Origin: the human T2T-CHM13v2.0 reference genome, Homo sapiens | Assembly: GCF_009914755.1 (NCBI RefSeq) | Contig: NC_060928.1 | Direction: 5' to 3' (one strand) | Length of the DNA stretch: 64,000 bases | In this document: positions 57,701 through 64,000 of the stretch, in pieces | Position numbering within the stretch: position 1 is the first letter of the stretch | Layout of the letters: every line of letters starts with the position of its first letter | Notes under the pieces: generated by a model | The model's input: only the letters and a program-made list of their open reading frames with translations | Told to the model about the DNA's origin: nothing | The model's database searches: none | Translations under genes and position numbers: made by a program

Positions 57701-58527
57701 TTTTAACTCTTTTCTTTACCCTGTGGTCATTTAGGAGCATGTTGTTTAATTTCCATGTGTTTGTATTATTTCCAGTGTTCTTCTTGGTATTGATTTTTAA
57801 TTCTATTCCATTTCCATCTATGAAGATATTTGATATGATTTTGACTTTTAACAATTTGCTGAGACGTATTTTGTGACCTAATGTATGCTCTATTCTGGAG
57901 AATGTTCCATTGCTGATAAAAAGAATGTATTTTGCTGCTATTGTAAAGGTCTCTTAGGTTCAGTTGACCTAAATACAGTTTAAGTCCAACATTTATTTTT
58001 TGATTCTCCATCTAGATGATCCATCTAATGCCGATATGAGGTGGTAAAGACCCCACTATTATGTTTCCGTCCTCTCTTTAGGCCTAGTAGTATTTGAATC
58101 TGGGTGCTCTAGTGTTGGGTGTATATATATTTAGAATTGTTATATTCTTTCACTGGATTAATTCCTTTGTCATATAATGATTTTCTTCATCTTTTTTTTC
58201 TGTTCTCGACTAAAACTCCATGTTACATAAACATAGCTACTTCTGCTCACTTTTTGTTTCCACTTGTGTGGAATATGCTTTTTCATCTCTTCATTTTAGT
58301 CTGTATGTGTCTTTACCAGTAAGGACAGTTTCTTGTAAGTAGCATATAGTTGGATCATGCTTTTAATTTCATTCAGCCATTCTATATCTTTTAAGAGAAA
58401 AATTTAATCCACTTATGTTCAAGGTTATTATTGATATGTGAGGACCTGTCATATTGTTAATTGTTTTCTCATTGTTTATACATTCTTTGATCCTTTATTT
58501 ATCTCTTATACATTGTTGTTGATGATT

Positions 58528-58860
58528 TGTTTGGGAAGCATAGGAGACCCAGGGTCACACCATTTTAAAATCAACTCCACCTTAAAATTAGCAAGGCAAA
58601 TTCTTTGTCGGACATGACCAATGGTCATAAGATGTTTATGACTGATGAAGGAGGTTAATAATGCTGTAAGGACAAACTTCTACAACAAGAAAATGTCCAG
58701 GTGCCCTGATACTAGCAAGGCACATTCTTTGCCAGTCATGACCCATGGTCATAAGATGTTTATAACTGATGAAATAGCTTAATAATTTATGTGAGGACAA
58801 ACCCCTACACCAACAAAATGTCCACATGCCCTGACACATAAAAATATAATGCTTTTAACT
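58528..58860 (+). mobile_element. LTR fragment (LTR47-like, uncertain) with an internal 124-bp tandem duplication
   Basis: tagcaaggca...atggtcataagatgtttat...aaatgtcca...gccctga occurs at 58589 and 58713. Confidence 0.5.
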
Positions 58861-59254
58861 TGCTGTTGTAAATGTTTTGTGACTGAATATTGTCCTGCAA
58901 CCATATTCATATTCCATCATATCTTTCTTTTATTGTTCGTAAATGAAGATTGAGTCATCATTTCAACACTCAGAATGAAGAATAAGTATAATACATAGAG
59001 TTTAGAAGTGCAGTAATTGAAATAATCCACAGTATTACTGTGAGATGTCAGGTCTCCATGAGTCTTGTTTACTTTCTTTTTTCTCTCTAATTTTAAAGGG
59101 ATCTAAAAAACCACAGATGTACTTAGGTGAATGGATATAGAATTCACATCTATGACAGTATTGCCTGTCAAGGAGATCAAATCCATTCAGTTAATCTGCC
59201 ATTTCTCAATGTTAAGAGGGAGCGAAAATATTTTTAAAAAGTTTTAGTTTACAT

Positions 59255-62200
59255 GATGGCCAAAATGGCTGACTGGAAGCAGTTAGTGTGCACTTCTTTC
59301 ACAAAGAGAAGAAAAAGTGGTGAATAAATACTACATCTTCAATTGAAACACCCAGGTGGGCACAAACCCAGGGATTCATCAAACAAACAACTCAACCCAA
59401 GGAGAACACAGAGGAGCAAGAATAGATTAATGCCTACCTGACAGTGGCATGGAGCCAGAGGAGGCTCCCCGACCACTGGGAAATGGTGAGAGAATGAGAA
59501 ACCCTGGGACACACACTTGGTCCATAGATCTTTGCAAGCCCTGGTCTCAGGAGATGCCCTTGTGAGCTCATCCCACAAAAACCTTCAGACTGATATGCAA
59601 AGCTATGGGAGTCTCAGCAGAGCCACTGCTGAGGCATAGCCAAAGTCCCAAAAGCCTTTGATCCCCAGGCATTCCAGCATTAGTGGCTTCAGCTCTGGCA
59701 AAGGGGGAAGTTAGTCTCCTTTACACACATCCAGGAAAGGAGCCAAATCCAGGGGGTTGAGCAGCAACTGTCTACAGGCTTCACTTACACTGCACCTCAC
59801 AGGATGAGACCCATTGGTCTAGGACTCCAGCCTCCCACCACTGGGGTTATGAGGCTAGTAGCAGCTCTGCACTTCCCCAGGACAGATCTCCAGGGCAAGG
59901 GGGCAGCAACTTTCCTGCCTTGCAGCCCTCACTGTTGTTGCCTTCAGGCTCTGGAGAGCCTACAGTGACTAGGGACTGGCGCAAACCCCCAGCACAGCAC
60001 AGCTGTCCCACAGAAAAATGGCCAGACTCTTTTTTTTATGTGGATCCCACATTTCTCCTCAGTGGATGGGAGCTCCCAACCTGGGACTCCAACCACTTCC
60101 CATCAGGGCTCTCAGGTTGGTAGCAGCTCTGCATTTCCATGACACAGAGCCCCTAAAGGGAGTGGTAGGCTGCCATCTTTGCTTTCTCACAGCCCTCACT
60201 ATTGTTGCCTTCAGGCTCTGGAGAGTATGTGGTGACGAGGGACTAACATGTAACCCTAGCACAGTGCAGCTGCTTCATCAAAAAGTGGCCAGACTGTTTT
60301 ACATGCAGGTTCTCATCCCAACTTCTCCTTAGTTGGTGAGGCCTCCTAACCTTGGACTCCAGCACAACCACCCTGCCCCAACTTGAACACTTCAGTTGGG
60401 GGCAGCTCAGCATTTCTCTGAGGAGGAAATCTCAGAGTCAACCCACAACCTCTTGGCCATTGCAGCTGCAGTAGTACTGCCCTAACCACCTTTCGGCTGA
60501 GGAAGGAACAAAGGGCCTAGTCACTTCACTGGCACCCAAGCACTCCACAGCCACCATACAGAGAGGAGTTCAGTCTATCTTCCCTGTGAGCCCCCAGCAC
60601 CCACTCTTCAGCAGGCAGGGCCCCTGCTCAGGTCCACAGTTTAGATGCCCCACAAACAGCTGAGAATACCCACTGGTAGTGGCTCTGAATTTCCTGGGAA
60701 GGGGCTCCAAGAGGCAATCAATGTTCCTTTCTGCCACTGTCACAACAATGTTCTGTCTCTTCTGTTCACAGGCTGGGGAAGAAACTGAGCCTGAGGGCTT
60801 CACCCAAGCTTACAGCACACCATAGTCACTATACAGAGAGGAAGCCAGTCTCTCCTCCCTGTAAACCCTCAACCCCCAAGTCCCCAACTAGGAGGGGTCC
60901 TCAGCTCAGGCTACCAGTGCAGCCACCTCAACCCCTGGCTGAACATTCCCAGGAACTGTGGCTATATGGTTCTCAGAGGTAGAGTTCCCAGAGGCTACTG
61001 AAAACCCCTCTACCACTGCCACTGCAGTGGTACTGCCCTTTCTGCCCTTGCCCTGGGGAATGAGCAAAGACCCTTAGTGCTTCAACTGCACCTTGAGCAA
61101 GCATTAATTGCCCTATGGAGAGGTTACTGGTCTGTCTGCCCTCTTTCCCCGCCACTCACTTGTCACAAGGTATGCCTCCCTGGCTTGGGCTCACAGGACA
61201 GCTGCCGCAACCCAAGTTGATCACACTGACTGATAGCAGCTCCACACCTCTCAAGATGGAGCCCCAAAAGATAAGTGAAAGACTCTCTGTCACAACCACT
61301 GCAAAGTTCCTTTCCCCTGTTACCTCTAAGCTTGGGAGGGAACATAAAGCCTGACATTGCCCCAGAGCTGAGATACACAGCCCAGCAGTGTTAAATTGAC
61401 ATCTTCAGCCAGCACTGAAGTGAGAGAGGAACTCTTACTTTCAGAGTGCTGAGAAGGAGCATGGCTATAGTCATGAAGAAATACAGAGAAGCCATGTGAC
61501 TGAGCAAAAGCTTGCCTACTGGCCATTACACTTAAGTACCACCTACTGGATTGCAGCCCAAAATTTCAACACCAAAAATAATTTGTTAATATACCCTTCT
61601 GTGATATCAATGACAAGAATTCAGCTAAAAATAAGGACCCTGCAAAAAGCTTTGGCCCTCTGAAAGCATCTAAAAAAGAAGTCTACTGGTGGTCTTCAAT
61701 TTATACCACAGTTAAAGGTAAACCCATCCACACAGATGAGAAAGAACAAATAAAAGAACTCTAGCAAATCACAAAGCCAGAGTGTCTTATTCCCTGAAAA
61801 TGGCTATACTAGTTTCTGAGCAAGGATTCTTAACTGGGCTGAAATAGCTGAAATGACAAAAATAGAATTCAGATTATGGATAGGAATGAAGATCATCGAG
61901 ATTTGGGAGACCATTAAATAATTCAATACAAAAAATCTAACAATCACAATAAAATAATACAGGAGCTAATAGATTAAATCATATTTTTAAAAAACATCTG
62001 ATAGAGCTGAAAAATACACTACAAGAATTTTGTAATACAGTCACAAGTATTAGCAGCAGAATAGATCAAGTGGAGGAAAAAAATCTCAGAGCTTGCAGGT
62101 TGACTCTGAAATAACTCAGTCAGCCAGAAATAAAGCAAAAACAATAAAAAAGAATGAACAAAATATCAGAGCAACATAGAATAATATGAAGAGACCAAAT

Positions 62201-64000
62201 CTATGACTTATTGGTGTCCCTGAAAGAGCCAGAGAGAAAGCAAGCAACTTGGAAAACACATAATCTTGAGATTCTCTAGTATCAAAATAAAAGAAAAAAA
62301 TGTCAAAGGCAGATAGAGAGAAAGGTACGGTCACCTACAAAGAGAACTCCATCAGGCTAACAGTGGACCTTTCAGCAGAAACTCTACAAGCCAGAAGAGA
62401 TTGGGAACCTATATTCAACATTCTTAAAGAAAAAATTTCCAACCAAGAATTTCATATCCAACTAAAATAATCTTCATAAGTGAAGGAGAAATAGAATCCT
62501 TTTCAGAGAAGCAATGTTGAGGAAATTCATTACCACCAGGCCTGCCTTAGAAGAGGTCCTGAAAGATGCTCTAAATATGGAAAGAAAATACTCTTACTAG
62601 CCACTACAAAAACACACTTAAGTACACAGACCAGTGACACTATAAAGCAAGCACACAAGTCTGCAAAATAACCAGCTGAAAACATGGTGACAGGATCAAA
62701 TCCATACATATTAACACTAACTTTGAATGTAAATGAGCTAAATGCCCCAATTAAAAGGCCCAGAATGGCAAACTGGTTAAAAAACCAAGATGTATTGGTA
62801 TGCTGTCTTCAAGAGACACATCTCACATGCAGTGACACACATAGGTGCAAAATAAAGGCATGAAGAAAAATCTACCAAGCAAATTGAAAACAGAAAAAAG
62901 CAGGGATAGTAATCCTAATTTCAGACAAAATAGAATTTCAACCAACAAGAATTAAAAAGACAAAGAAGGGTATACATAATGGTAAAAGATTCAATTCAAC
63001 AAGAACATGTAACTGTCCTAAATACGTATGCACCCAACACAAGACCACCCAGATTGATAAAGTTCTTGGAGACACAAAAGGTGACCTATATTGTCACACA
63101 ATAATAGTGGGAGACTTCAACAATCCACTTACAGTTTTAGAACATTGAGGAAGAAAATCGACAAACATATTTAGGAGCTGAACTCAATTCTTGACCAAAG
63201 AGACTAAATAGACATCTATAAAACTCTTCACCCAAAACAACAGAATATATATTCTTTTCATTGCCACATGGCACATACTCTAAAATCAACTACACAATCA
63301 GACATAAAACAATCCTCAAATATCTTAAAAAATTGAAATAATACCAACCACATTTCTCAGCCAATGGCACAGTAAAAATAGAAATCAATACAAAGAAAGT
63401 CACTCTAAATCAGAAAATTACATGGAAATTAAACAATCTGCTCCTGAATGACTTTGGAGTAAATAATGAAACTGAAGCAGAAATCAAGAAGTTCTTTAAT
63501 AGTAATGAAAACAAAAATAAAACATACCAGAATATCTGGGGCACAGCTAAGGCAGTATTAAGAGGGAAATTTATAGCAGTAAATGCCTACATCAAAAAGT
63601 TAGAAAGATCTCAAATTAGCAACCTAACATTGCAGCTAGAAGAAATACAGAGGCGAGAGCAAATCAACCCCAGAGCTAGCAGAAGACAAGAAATAACCAA
63701 AATTAAAGCTGACCTGAAAGAAACTGAGACACAGAAAACCATACAATAGATCAAGAAATCTAGAAGTTGTTTTTTTGAAAACTAATAAAATAGATACACC
63801 ACTAGGTAGAGTAATAAAGAAGAAAAGATAGGAGACCCAAATAAACACAATTAGAGTTAACAAAGGGTACATTACCACTGACCCTGCAGAAATACAGAAA
63901 GAAAAATCAAACACTGCTATGAACACCTCTATGCATACAAACTAGAAAATCTAGAAGAAATGGATAAATTCCTGGACACATACACCCTCCCAAGACTAAA
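59255..64000 (+). mobile_element. Older L1 (L1PA15-16/L1PB-like) with long 5'UTR, ORF1 and ORF2 start; runs off the window
   Basis: Starts atggccaaaatggctgactggaagcag; ORF1 remnant from ~61736 (atgagaaagaac); ORF2 EN from ~62684 (atggtgacaggatcaaatcc), disrupted. Confidence 0.87.

Noticed and set aside
56500-61530. Many short GC-rich ORFs
   Set aside because: They lie in L1 5'UTRs, with no coding signature or splice structure

Overview
Human genomic DNA (it contains a human-specific AluYb8), AT-rich and dense in repeats, with no intact protein-coding gene. It is recognisable as an intergenic part of the 4q13 CXC-chemokine cluster. Main contents: (1) an unprocessed GRO/CXCL1-like pseudogene (CXCL1P1, minus strand, ~35.67-36.1 kb). 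It keeps its CpG island, TATA box, exon 1, intron 1 and exon 2, but has lost the ATG, both splice donors, the ELR motif, one base of the NF-kB site, and exons 3-4. (2) A processed HNRNPA1 pseudogene (minus strand, 29.93-31.28 kb). (3) A 3'-truncated HERV-K(HML-8)/MER11 provirus (minus strand, 41.07-45.88 kb). (4) A multi-level nest of L1, THE1 and Alu elements (45.9-58.5 kb), including a twin-primed inverted L1PA. (5) Further L1s, an ERVL dUTPase/integrase remnant, MaLR LTRs, MIR, L2 and DNA transposons. Less ordinary structures are a ~300-bp AT-rich fold-back palindrome, a 212-bp locally templated insertion inside an L1, and a speculative in-frame splice route from the ERV leader into the chemokine pseudogene exon 2. 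I see no demonstrable novel system. Repeat subfamily names and gene symbols come from recalled consensus sequences and gene order, not from a database search.
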